Assembly (NCBI GenBank): GCA_030141605.1
Contig: JAQGDQ010001035.1
Span: forward strand, 1 to 64,000
DNA length: 64,000 bases
Source of the DNA: Tubiluchus corallicola
Taxonomy: Eukaryota; Animalia; Priapulida
Reading direction: 5' to 3'
The number at the start of each line of letters is the position of its first letter. The first letter of the stretch is position 1. The notes under the pieces are model-generated. The model saw nothing but the letters and a program-made list of their open reading frames with translations, was not told the DNA's origin and did no database searches. Of the stretch, positions 26,201-37,752 are shown piece after piece. The translations under genes were made by a program, and so were the position numbers.

Positions 26201-29200
26201 GAACGCTGATTTAATGGATTGTATGTTAAAATTAGGAATGAGTACCCGTCCCCTCACATGCGTTTTATTATTGTGTAGAAGAAAGATATTTAAAGTACAC
26301 TCATAACTCGGTTTGCTGGACAAAAGCGGGAAGAAGTCGGTCTGAATATGCATATTCTCCATTACTAAGCTAATACAGTAGGCTCCATGTATGACACCCA
26401 TGGTAATGTGAAATCAATCGCCTAATTGTATAAAAAACGTCTGGAATGAACCACTCCTATGTAAAAGTATACAAAAACTGTTGGCAATTCTCTCTAATAA
26501 CTCTGTATAATTGTCTCTATATTTGTCACTTGTCACATGCTGACATGCAAGCTACAGACGTGCCGTTACACGCTGCTTGGTTACGCTGATGCAATGATGT
26601 AAACAAAGTGACTGCCCGCCAACTAGCGGCCAGCTTGCGAAACAACAGAGAGTTTTTAACGGTCCAGATTTTGTCTGATTCTTCCAATATCCGTAAAAGT
26701 GAGATATGAGTGTAGTTTTAAATTAATGGACTTATTTGGTTTTACTTGCAATGAGCATTAAATACGTGTTGCTTTTCTTCAAAAAGCGGGCCTTGCTAGG
26801 TTCCTCCTCTGCGTGCTCAAACAGAATTCTTAATCCCCCTTTTGTTTAACTTCTCACATATGCGGGAGCATTGCAAACTGTTCCAATTATATAGGGTCCT
26901 CATATGAATACAGAGCCTGGTTAGTGCTTGGATGGGTAACCGCCTAGGAATACCAGGTGCTGTAGGCTTGCGGGATGCCCACACTGTATCTCGACACTAG
27001 GCGGAGGAGCTGCAAAAGCCGCCAACGGCTAGAGGGCGGAGGAGGTCAAGTGACCCAACGGCCATGTGTAGAGGAGTAAACATTCCAAATCAGGAGTGGA
27101 GCCCCAAAGGCGGACCCGTGCAGCATACTCACTGACTCCGGCAGCTCCTGCAGGCAACCTGGTGCCAAACGTATCGCTCCGCTTTCCTTTGGACTACACC
27201 AGGGAGGAAGAGAGAGGGTTCCTGTTGTCTGGGCAACTCAGGATCTCCATACACCTTGCCCAGGCGTGCGCCCTGGAGACGTTCAAGGATCGGACTCTCT
27301 TGGCGCACATTCCATTGTCTTCCGAGACAGAAGGAAGCCAACAACAATATGAATACAAATCAATAAATGATTGAAATGCCTACCCAGCTATTTGCCTGTA
27401 TACTGCTTCCTGATTGCATAATTGCAAAACTAATGGCGATTGGCTGTAACAAACAGTTCCATTAACTAACTAGCCAGTATCTTAGGCTTATTTTTTCAAG
27501 GTTTATCACACTTCAATATCTAAATACAAAAATATTTAAAATTCTATGTGTAATTCGATTTTTAATTAGGAACAGAACTTCACCTACCTGACAATTTTGT
27601 CCAGAAGTTTGTTCAAAATGTTTCACGTCCTTGTCACCTCTGTTTGTCACGAATTCGACCGTCTCCGGTCCCCAAGGAAACGGGAAGCTGATATTCACAT
27701 AGCTTTTGCCGTCACTGGTTTTCACATCTGATAATTTAAAGCTTGGTGGATTGCAAGCTAACTGAAGAAAATGAGAATAATGTAATAATAGTGTAGCAAT
27801 GAAAAATCATTTTATTTTTAATGAAAAAAAAGAATCGCGTTCACTTTGGAACAGTGAACACCAAATCTACCACAGTGTGAAACAGATATAGAAAACTTAG
27901 ATAATTTTTTGACAAAAGTGGTGGCTCATAGCTAAAATTAGTGGGGGTGATGCTTCAGAAAATTTTTAGATATTGTTTTAATACCATGTAAAAGATAACT
28001 AACATACATAATTTTAACGTTGTAGTTATATTTGAAGAATAGGTGTTGAACGGTCTTGTTTCTTAACTGGAACTTTCTCACGGAGAGACAACTGTGAAAA
28101 ATGAAGCTGTTGTAGTTCACTTACAATCACAGAACTTATTTTTTGGGGGATGCAAAGCGTCCATTATTAAACAATTTATGTTTTAAGCACGCGCGTTAAG
28201 TTTGCATTTTATCACATCCAAGAATGTGACGGTACATGGTACGCACTTGGCATTATTACTGTGTTAGAGAAAGTACTTTCTCTACCTAGCAGCAGATGCT
28301 AGCTTACAGCGTGATATCTCAGACATGTGTGCATGGCTGATTTCTATAATATGTTAAATATAGCAAATACCGCCAACATATCTGCTGTGCCATTACACTT
28401 TAAATTTGCTCCTATATATAACGCCAACTAAGATTACCGCTATTGCACCATATTTAGTGGTATCCCAGACCTGGCATTATAACGAGGTTTGACTGTACAA
28501 GATAAAAAAGTTGTCACTACTCAATTCAAACACTTAAAATTGAAAATTTACACGTTTCAGAGTATATAAACAAGTGAACATCACAGTGATTTCCGCTCTT
28601 ACCTTTCTCCACCAAAGCATGCGGCGACGCTGCCACTGAGCGAACATACGACTTGCAAGTGACGGAACAACAAAATATCGAAGCGACATCTCTTTGTGCT
28701 CATGTGAACTAAACGATCACAAAAATAAAGTCAATATATGCTGTAGATGAAAGAGTCACAATTATCAATTCTTTGAAATAAAACAAAACTATGAAATATA
28801 TGGAATGGACTTAGCTTGAGTAAATTACTAGTAAAACATCAGCAGAATCTTGTAATTTTTTCGTAATGTTACAACCAAATGCGAAAAATTTTTATGCCAT
28901 GCGTAAGATTTTTATTGCGCAAGAAGACCTCATTGTTTTAGATTCTCAGCTGACATTTCCATTACAATGAGGACAACACGAATTTGTCGCAACTGAATAG
29001 CTAAAGGTGGGTTATCTCTGAAAAAGCTATAGTTGGATGGTGAAAGTGCTAAAGTTGGCTGATGAAAGTTAGAGGTGTGCCAAGAAAGTTCATACAACAC
29101 TATGGGCTACAGATACATTTAATGATGAAGTCTCGAACGACGTGCCTTCAACATCCTGTACTAAATGTACTATGATAAGAAAAACCCTTAGTAACCGGTA

Positions 29201-32200
29201 GAGAGTAGTTCATTTGGTAACTGCCACAGGCAGATCATTGTAAGCTTGCATAAGAGCTAAGTAGCCTAACTACATAGAGCGGAGGGAGCCTAACTACCTA
29301 GAGTATCACACCCAGATTGTCACGAACCTCACGAAGAACAATGACGTCTTTCTGTTTTATTATTTGCAGTAAAATAAATGGTACCTTACAGTATTAGTTT
29401 CAGCCCACAATAGAATTGCAAAAAATACTAAGAATGGAAATTTTTAAATACCGTAGGCGCTTCTTATCACCTGAGAATAAATTTGTCTTGAGTTGTGCTA
29501 TCACTTGGTTCTTCAAAGCAAGTTTTGCACTGTGCCAATCCAAAAGGTAGTTTACCATTACTGAGCAAAAGGCTTGGTGAAAAATCCTTTATACATACTG
29601 AAAATACAACAAATCAATTACATTAGTTAAACTTGCATTATTATTTTAGATAAAAAGCAACAAGAAAAACAGAGTAAAAAAGCAGTTATGAACTATAAAA
29701 CCACTGCAAGTAGCTATGTAAATGTTATGCACATACACATTTCCCTACCTATTAAATTTGGTCTTGCCCCTTTAACTGTCATCAGTCATGGGACCAGGTA
29801 GTTGGCCAGGTAGACATTACCTGACATGCAATTCAATTGATACGATGTGAATGTTGTAGTTGATTTCTATTGTTTTTTTTGCAAGTTATAAGTGCCAAAA
29901 CTCAGGGAGACCACATGTAAGTGTCTAATTATGTTTATTGAACTGCTTTATGCTATTAGAACAATTTCGCTGTTATTTTTTTGTATAATTATAGACGAAA
30001 ATCACGTTACCTAATTTAGTAATTTACCTTTATCAAACTTATGTTTTTCATTGAAAACTTATTGCTGTAATTTATTATTACAGATAAAACGACAATTGCT
30101 GCATATTAAACATTTGATGTTCTGGAGTTTAAATGTAGTACAGTAAACAAACTTATTAGTTCTGTAGGACAGAGTTTGATACAATTAAAGTAAGGACTCG
30201 ATGAGTCGGTTTAAATTACAGCTCAATTTGTTCTGTGGAGTTGAGAGATGGTTGTTGATGATAATCATTATTGTTAATGCAAACAGTCTACAGTTGATAA
30301 AGCCAAAACTTACATCACATGCAAAAACAAAATTCATATTTGTTAGCTAAAATCAACCGAATTCTTGCAATAACGCATAATTTTCACGACGTATCATGAA
30401 TGCCAGGGCTGGAACTACATGTGGCAAGCAGGGGGGGGGGCGCAAAAATTTTCTGGGGGGGGGGGAGGCGAGGTATCCGAAGTGGTTAAATAATGGTTAA
30501 GCCAGTTTTAACCCCTTTTATATTGCATGCAGGCCTATAATTAGCACGTGTGTAGGACGGCATAGCGGACAAAGCAATAATGAGAAAATTAACTCTCAGT
30601 TAACCTAACGTTATTAATGTGCCTCTAACTAAATTGTTATTTACAGAAATTTATCACACACAAGTTTTAAGAAAATAATACACTGAAACTACCAAACATT
30701 TTTTTTACCTAATTCTAATTCATATTGAAACTGATTACATGCGAACTGCAATTTTCACTGCAAAAAAATTATTTGTCCGATTTTGCAGGGGGGGGCACAA
30801 ATTTTGACAAGGGGGCGCCCCCCCCTCGCTCCCTCCTAGTTCCGCCCCTGATGAATGTCTTAGTGCCCGGTGTTGCTTCTATTAAACTCGATTGTTCAAA
30901 ACAATCCCCTAACTCACACACAGAAATTAGAAAACAAATATACATTTCCAATGTTGTCACCTGATTATTCAATTTAATTCAGTCCTAATTTATGGTCAAA
31001 ATCAAAACGATGATGACAGATACAACTAGGTACACGGTACGCACGTGGCATTATTACTGTGTTAGAGAAAGTACTTTCTCTACCTAGCAGCAGACGCTAG
31101 CTTACAGCGTGTTATCTCAGACATGTGCGCATGGCTGATTTCTATAATATTAAATATAGCAAATACCGCCAACATATCTGCTGTGCCAAAAGTCTTACAC
31201 GTTAAATGTGCTCCTATATATAACGCCAGCTAAGATCACCGCTATTGCACCATATTTAGTCGTATCCCAGACCTGGCATTATAACGAAGTTTTAACTACT
31301 CAATTCAATTGAAAATTTACACGTTTCAGAGTTTATAAACAAGTTATAAGACAGATACAACTAGGTGATATTGGTCTTTAGCAACACCTCACAGGCCTGC
31401 ACAAAATAAAAAAAACTCACACAAAAGACCATCATTTCAAAAGAGACATCTGTAATGAGGTCACACCTCATTTACTAGAACTCTGTAGGTCTGTAACAGT
31501 GCCTACCATGCACTCAGAGAGAAAGAAGGAAAACAATGCAGAAAATTTCATCAACAAACAAGCTACATGAGTACACTAAAAAAGTTTAATTTTTTTGGTC
31601 CTGGATTCCATGTAGCTACTAATGAACCATAAGGAAACTTTAAAATTGTTGTACTTATCAGCTGTAGTGGATTTTAAGGTGCAACTTACTACTTAATATT
31701 TTTCCAATGTTGAATACTAGATATAATTGCGCATGTGTTAATGATAATGAATTGTCCATTAGTATGAATATCATACATTGACATACATACAACTTAGTAC
31801 CGTATTTTCCCGTGTATAAGAGACCCTTTTTTGCTCAGAATTTTCACTTTAAAAATAAGGGGTCTCTTATACATGGGAGTAAGTCTTTTCAATAAGATGC
31901 ATAAATTGTGACACTAATGATTTTAAAGAAATAAGTGCTCTACAACTGTTTTATTTCGAATAATTATAGTTTCCTTTCAATAAATCTTCTCCATGGCTAA
32001 ATTCTAATGATAAAATTAATGTACCGGGTAAGTTATTATTTTTTTAAATGTCAAAAGAGGACAATGCCATTTTTGAGCAGAGTGACTCCTCTGATGATGA
32101 ACTGGCTGGAATTGCTGAAGGTCTGACTCCAGTTGATGAGAGTGATGAGGAATTTAATGATTTCTATGATGAATAAAGTTATTCATTACCAAAAAACTTT

Positions 32201-34270
32201 TTCCCAGAATTTTTGCCTAAAAAATTGAAGGGGTCTCTTATACACAAGGGTCTCTTATACATGGGAAAATACGGTACTTAATATTTTTCCAATGTTGAAT
32301 ACTAGATATAATTGCACATGTGTCAATGATAATGAATTGTCCATTAGTATGAATATCATACATTGACATGCATGCCGCAAAAACAACAAACTTGGTACTT
32401 GCTGTTGCTGTTGTCAGTGGCGCCGTCTAGTGCACGTGAAGTTCCGTTAGCACTTGAAGTATGACAGCGACGATGTTTAGCGTTGTTCAGGATGGCACCA
32501 TATTCTTCCATGACAGAATCTTCTATTCTGTAAATACTGTCTTCTGCCTTTAGCATAGAAAGCCACCTGCCATACAAAATAACAGGTAAACGATGCGTAA
32601 TGCACCAGATCAGTTTCATCCAGAATCAAGCTTTGATTGTGTTGCAAAAGCCCTGATTAATACAGTAACCTAATATAGATCATCCCTAGGCTTAGCATTG
32701 GAACATTACTAACCAACTGGTCTAGTGACTTGGCTTTTCTGTTTTACGCTCAGAAACTAGCTCAACAAAAATCGATGTATCTTGTCACGATAACCAACTC
32801 ACAGTTTTTTGAAACACGGTCTTTGATGAAATGGTCTAAGAAGAAAGTCATCTTCATCGTTATCGTCATCATCATCATCATCATGGTCATCATCTTCTTC
32901 GTCTCATCATCCTCATCCATATCATTATCACCATCATCATCATCGTTGTCATCTTCTTTGTCTCATCATCCTCATCCATATCATCACTATCATCATCGTC
33001 ATCTTCTTCATCTCATCATCCTCATCCATATCATCATCACCATTATCATCATCATCATCAACATCGTGGTCGTCATAATCATCGTCATCTTCTTCATCTC
33101 ATTATCCTCATCAATATCATCATCATGATCAACATCATCATCAACATCGTGGTCGTCATCATCATCATCATCATCTTCTTCATCTCATCATCCTCATCCA
33201 TATCGTCATCATACTTATTAGAATTTTTCATTCTTTTTGTTACACATTCAATGCCATATTCCTCATTATCATGAAATTAAAACTTTCTGTGAGCACAGGA
33301 CTCGCTTATTTTAAGGTTGTAAGTCTGGAGACAGAAGTTCAGATGATTGCAACTAAAGTTATAACATAACATAAACTCTCTGCTTTCAGACACCAGATCT
33401 ATATAATGGCCCATCACCACGATCCAAATTGTAAGATCACTATTGGTCTTTCGTTTATTAAATGTAATGCATTCAATACGACTTTAATTCTCAGATTCAG
33501 TTTGAATTTAGGTTGCAATATTACCTTAAAAGTAGGAAAAGATATTTCAAAATCTTGCAGTATGGTGCAGGAGCTTATATTTGGAAATCTTGCAGTACGG
33601 TGCAGGAGCTTATATTTGGAAATCTTGTAGTATGGCACAGGAGCTTATATTTGAAAATGTTCTAGCATGGTGCAGGAGCTTATATTTGGAATATTGCAGT
33701 ATGGTGCAGGAGCTTATATTTAGAAATCTTGCAGTGTGGTGCAGGAGCTTATATTTGCAAATCTTGCAGTATGGTGCAGGAGCTTATATTTGGAAATCTT
33801 GCAGTATGGTGCAGGAGCTTATATTTGGAAATTTTGCAGTATGTGCAGGAGCTTATATTTGGAAATCTTGCAGTATGATGCAGGAACTTATATATGGAAA
33901 TCTTGCAGTCTTGAAATCTTATCAAATTTAGAACGTTTAATGGTAGCTTTTAGTGACTTATATCGAGTAAAAAGTTCTGCATTAATGATTGTAGTGTAAA
34001 AACGTCCTTTAAGTAATAATTGAAGTTTTTGGCAAAGATATCGTTGTGCCTTTTCTAAAGCCTGTATCCGCCCCGTAAACTTAACACTTAGCTCCATACT
34101 TACCATTCATAAAGTATATTTTGTCTGAGACTAGACCCAAAGGGTCCATAACGATAGCATCCGACCATGCAGGAATCAACACGAGTTTCAGCAAACTGGA
34201 CATAACCGTGCCGCAAAAGCAAATTCATCAGCTTCGTCATCACTAACCGACTGCAGTTATCACCAATCAT
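23263..34270 (-). CDS. POLG2: DNA polymerase gamma accessory subunit, apparently complete copy. Exons 34270-34104, 32566-~32390 (donor uncertain), tentative 29866-29821, 29597-29471, 28708-28603, 27761-27588, 25933-25793, 24846-24668, 23920-23824, 23322-23263
   Basis: Mirror of the + copy plus upstream exons: MIGDNCSRL...CYRYGPFGSSLRQNILYEW / WLSMLKAEDSIYRIED / CIKDFSPSLLLSNGKLPFGLAQCKTCF, matching POLG2 FGPLGVELRKNLAAEWW and NKRLPYGLAQIGVCF. A splice acceptor lies 8 nt upstream of the ATG. Confidence 0.9.
24029..24576 (+). mobile_element. 5S-derived SINE (mirror of 4281-4828)
   Basis: Reverse complement of the left-arm copy. Confidence 0.9.
26913..27346 (+). mobile_element. 5S-derived SINE (mirror of 1510-1943)
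   Basis: Reverse complement of the left-arm copy with a few SNPs. Confidence 0.9.
30404..30850. mobile_element. hAT-type MITE with G/C-run subterminal regions
   Basis: Imperfect TIR CAGGGCTGGAACTA ... TAGTTCCGCCCCTG; 8-bp TSD ATGAATGC / ATGAATGT. Confidence 0.75.
31800..32274 (+). mobile_element. pogo/Tigger-type non-autonomous DNA transposon
   Basis: TA|CCGTATTTTCCCGTGTATAAGAGACCC ... GGGTCTCTTATACATGGGAAAATACGG|TA; retains an acidic transposase-like C-terminal remnant EDNAIFEQSDSSDDE...DEEFNDFYDE* (~32055-32176). Confidence 0.8.
32845..33212. repeat. Degenerate (CAT)n microsatellite
   Basis: CAT/CGT/CTT triplet run in a POLG2 intron. Confidence 0.9.
33542..33910. repeat. 35-bp minisatellite, ~10 copies
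   Basis: Unit AGCTTATATTTGGAAATCTTGCAGTATGGTGCAGG. Confidence 0.92.
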
Positions 34271-34373
34271 AATCGCACCTGCAAAGATAAAAGCAGATTC
34301 TGCTTCTTAATACGTCAAAGCAGCATATAAGCATAGCACGAATATGAGTATGTCTGGCTAATATTTTTTCACT

Positions 34374-34916
34374 GCTACGGCCATATCACGTTGAAAACAC
34401 CGGTTCTCGTCTGATCACCGAAGTTAAGCAATGTAGAGCCTGGTTAGCACTTGGATGGGTGACTGCCTAGGAATACCAGGTGCTGCAGGCTTGCGGAATG
34501 CCCACACTGTATCTTGACACTAGGCAGAGGAGCTGCACAAGCAGCCAACGGCTAGAGGACGGAGGAGGTCAAGTGACTCAACGGCCATGTGTAGAGGAGT
34601 AAACCTTCCAAATCAGGAGTGGAGCCCCGAAGACGGACCAGTGCAGCATGCTCACTGACTCCGGCAGCTCCTGCAGCCAACCTGATGCCAAACGTATCGC
34701 TCCGTTTTCTTTGGACTACACTGGGGCAGAAGAGAGGGGGTTCCTGTTGTCTGAGCAACTCAGGATCTTCATACACCTTGCCTAGGCGTGCACCCTGGAG
34801 ACGTTCAAGGATCACACTGCTTAGCCACAGTCGACGCTGCAGCTCCATCAATGTGATCAATAACTGACTCTCTTGGCGCACACTCCATTGTCTTTCGAGA
34901 CAGAAGGATGCCAACA
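34374..34916 (+). mobile_element. 5S-rRNA-derived SINE, full length (5S head 34374-34492)
   Basis: GCTACGGCCATATCACGTTGAAAACACCGGTTCTCGTCTGATCACCGAAGTTAAGC...TTGGATGGGTGAC...GCTGCAGGCTT is a 119-nt 5S rRNA-like sequence with A and C boxes and no T-run terminator, followed by the shared body. Confidence 0.92.
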
Positions 34917-35195
34917 TATCATTTTTTTGCCACATTGACAGCTGCGACCCTACCCTGGGATCCTCACTTCAACTGTTTTGCAGTCCGCTGAATCGTGAGG
35001 TTTCGCTTATTCACTGATGCACTCATTGCACATGCAGAACACAGTAGTACAATTTTCTGATATCACCCAATATGCGGATGACACCACAATTTAAGTAAGT
35101 CACAGAAAATTAAATATAGCAAAACAATATTTAGAGCAAGACGTTGCCAATATTAACGCTGCTTTTAACCACTTCAATTTAGAAATGAACGAGAG

Positions 35196-36350
35196 TAAAA
35201 CAGAATTTATGGTTTTATCTCCATTTACTAATGATACTAACTACATAACTTTACAAGTGATAAAACAGAATTTATGGTTTTACCTCCATTTACTAATGAT
35301 ACTAACTACATAACTTTACAAGTGATAAAACAGAATTTATGGTTTTATCTCCATTTACTAATGATACTAACTACATAACTTTACAAGTGATAAAACAGAA
35401 TTTATGGTTTTATCTCCATTTACTAATGATACTAACTGCATAACTTTACAAGTGATAAAACAGAATTTATGGTTTTATCTCCATTTACTAATGATACTAA
35501 CTGCATAACTTTACAAGCGATAAAACAGTATTTATGGTTTTATCTCCATTTACTAATGATACTAACTGCATAACTTTACAAGCGATAAAACAGAATTTAT
35601 GGTTTTATCTCCATTTACTAATGATACTAACTACATAACTTTACAAGCGATAAAACAGAATTTATGGTTTTATTTCCATTTACTAATGATACTAACTACA
35701 TAACTTTACAAGCGATAAAACAGAATTTATGGTTTTATCTCCATTTACTAATGATACTAACTGCATAACTTTACAAGTGATAAAACAGAATTTATGGTTT
35801 TATCTCCATTTACTAATGATACTAACTGCATAACTTTACAAGCGATAAAACAGAATTTATGGTTTTATCTCCATTTACTAATGATACTAACTACATAACT
35901 TTACAAGTGATAAAACAGAATTTATGGTTTTATCTCCATTTACTAATGATACTAACTGCATAACTTTACAAGTGATAAAACAGAATTTATGGTTTTATCT
36001 CCATTTACTAATGATACTAACTGCATAACTTTACAAGCGATAAAACAGAATTTATGGTTTTATCTCCATTTACTAATGATACTAACTGCATAACTTTACA
36101 AGCGATAAAACAGAATTTACGGTTTTATCTCCATTTACTAATGATACTAACTACATAACTTTACAAGCGATAAAACAGAATTTATGGTTTTATTTCCATT
36201 TACTAATGATACTAACTACATAACTTTACAAGTGATAAAACAGAATTTATGGTTTTATCTCCATTTACTAATGATACTAACTACATAACTTTACAAGTGA
36301 TAAAACAGAATTTATGGATTTATCTCCATTTACTAATGATACTAACTACG
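35196..36350. repeat. 65-bp tandem satellite, ~17-18 copies
   Basis: Unit TAAAACAGAATTTATGGTTTTATCTCCATTTACTAATGATACTAACTACATAACTTTACAAGTGA. Confidence 0.95.
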
Positions 36351-36458
36351 TAGTTCCTCCTTATCTATATGGTTGCAAATTCTTTCATAATACAAAAAGG
36401 GAGCAATTTATTAAACTAAATATTTTGCAAAATTATGTCCTCAAGTTAATATCTGGGT

Positions 36459-36519
36459 TATATATATATATATATATATATATGCAATATATATGTAAGA
36501 TATTATATAATATCTGGGT

Positions 36520-36555
<36 letters not shown>

Positions 36556-36560
36556 ATATA

Positions 36561-36605
<45 letters not shown>
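36459..36605. repeat. (TA)n microsatellite
   Basis: Interrupted TA runs. Confidence 0.95.
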
Positions 36606-36609
<4 letters not shown>

Positions 36610-37280
36610 TAAATATATTCATTTAAATCAACAAGTAAATCAAGATTATCGATAACTGCATTAAAGCAATAACTGAAAATTATTAGAAACCCACTGCGAC
36701 TATCAAACACTAATATTTTTATATAAATACATAAATAAAATAAATATATCTTTCAGGAATAATGAATTTCAACATCTTCGAAATCCAACACTAAACTCTC
36801 GTACTGGTAATCCATTGCAAATTAGAACTAACAACAAATACAGAAATAATTCTTTATCAAAACAAGCTATATCATTATGGAATATTTATCTGAAAGAAGT
36901 TAAAGATTCAACAACTTCATCTAGCTTTAAAACAAAATTAAAAAAATACGTTTGAATATCCTAGATTTGAATATCCTGCATACCAAAACAACAATATTTA
37001 TATACAGAATGATTACGTTTTTCTCCCGCCCATAATCTTGTAAAATCAAAATGTTTTAATGTAAATGTGATTATATGTTGTTCATATATAAAATGATTTA
37101 TTTAGTATCAGTATGTCGCAAATGTCAGTTCACTGTGTTTCTAGTGATAGTTCTGCACCTGAAGCATTTGTCTTTTTACAGTGTTTTAATACGCTGATGA
37201 ATGCCATATACAAATGTAATTTTTTTATTAAAATTTATTGCGTTCAAAATTTTTATAAAACAAATAACGATTTTATATAC

Positions 37281-37752
37281 ATAGTGATACCTCCATTGTC
37301 GAACGTCTCCGTTGTCATACAAATCGGTTTTCGACCAGAAAATTCGAGCTGAAATTGTCTCCGCTTTCGACCAGAATTTCTGTACTCGACCAACCGCCAA
37401 ACACGTGACAAACACATGAGCGGCGAGCAGAGCGTAACTGTCAGTACCGAGCCGAGAGTAGTCAGATGCAAGATTTGAATTGCCTAACATGTGCAGGAAC
37501 AATTATGTTGTTCTTTCAAAGTAATTCTATTATGTTTTTCTTATGAATTATATCATATCTAATGTATGAATAAACATTTTTGCATTATTATATTTTGTTT
37601 TAGTAATACTTTACAGTTCATTTGGTGCTTGAGAACAGATTATTTGCTTTTGCATTATTTCTCATCAGAATAAATGATTCGGTACTCAACCAAATCGGTA
37701 TTCAAACACTTTTTAGGAACGAATTAAGCTCGAAAACAGAGGTACTACTGTA
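37281..37752. mobile_element. Tc1/mariner-type MITE (degenerate)
   Basis: Ends TAGTGATACCTC ... GAGGTACTACTGTA; internal repeated TTCGACCA motifs. Confidence 0.5.

Larger units (their letters stand above)
15100..28862 (-). repeat. Right arm of giant inverted duplication
   Basis: Mirror of 1-~13560 with scattered SNPs and small indels (e.g. ~30-bp extra at ~19317-19346). Inner boundary approximate. Confidence 0.97.
35050..36955 (+). mobile_element. Degenerate non-LTR retrotransposon (CR1/L2-group-like) RT and C-terminal relic, interrupted by a satellite and (TA)n
   Basis: ITQYADDTTI*VSH...LEMNESKTEFMVL (YADD at 35071); after the array VVPPYLYGC...KLNILQNYVLKLISG; end SLSKQAISLWN...SSFKTKLKKYV*. 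Confidence 0.8.

Noticed and set aside
34374-34492. Functional 5S rRNA gene (also at other SINE heads)
   Set aside because: No oligo-T terminator, always fused to the same body, dispersed, mutated and with TSDs: a SINE head.
34595-34640. 2A-like peptide or HDV-like ribozyme in the SINE body, as known for Ingi elements
   Set aside because: No DxExNPGP motif (only SGVEPRR), and I could not build the HDV nested pseudoknot by eye.
34552-34935. Recurrent ORFs such as MEPRRRTSAAC... and [11 protein letters not shown]... as a gene family
   Set aside because: They are translations of the SINE body on both strands, with frameshifts differing among copies.
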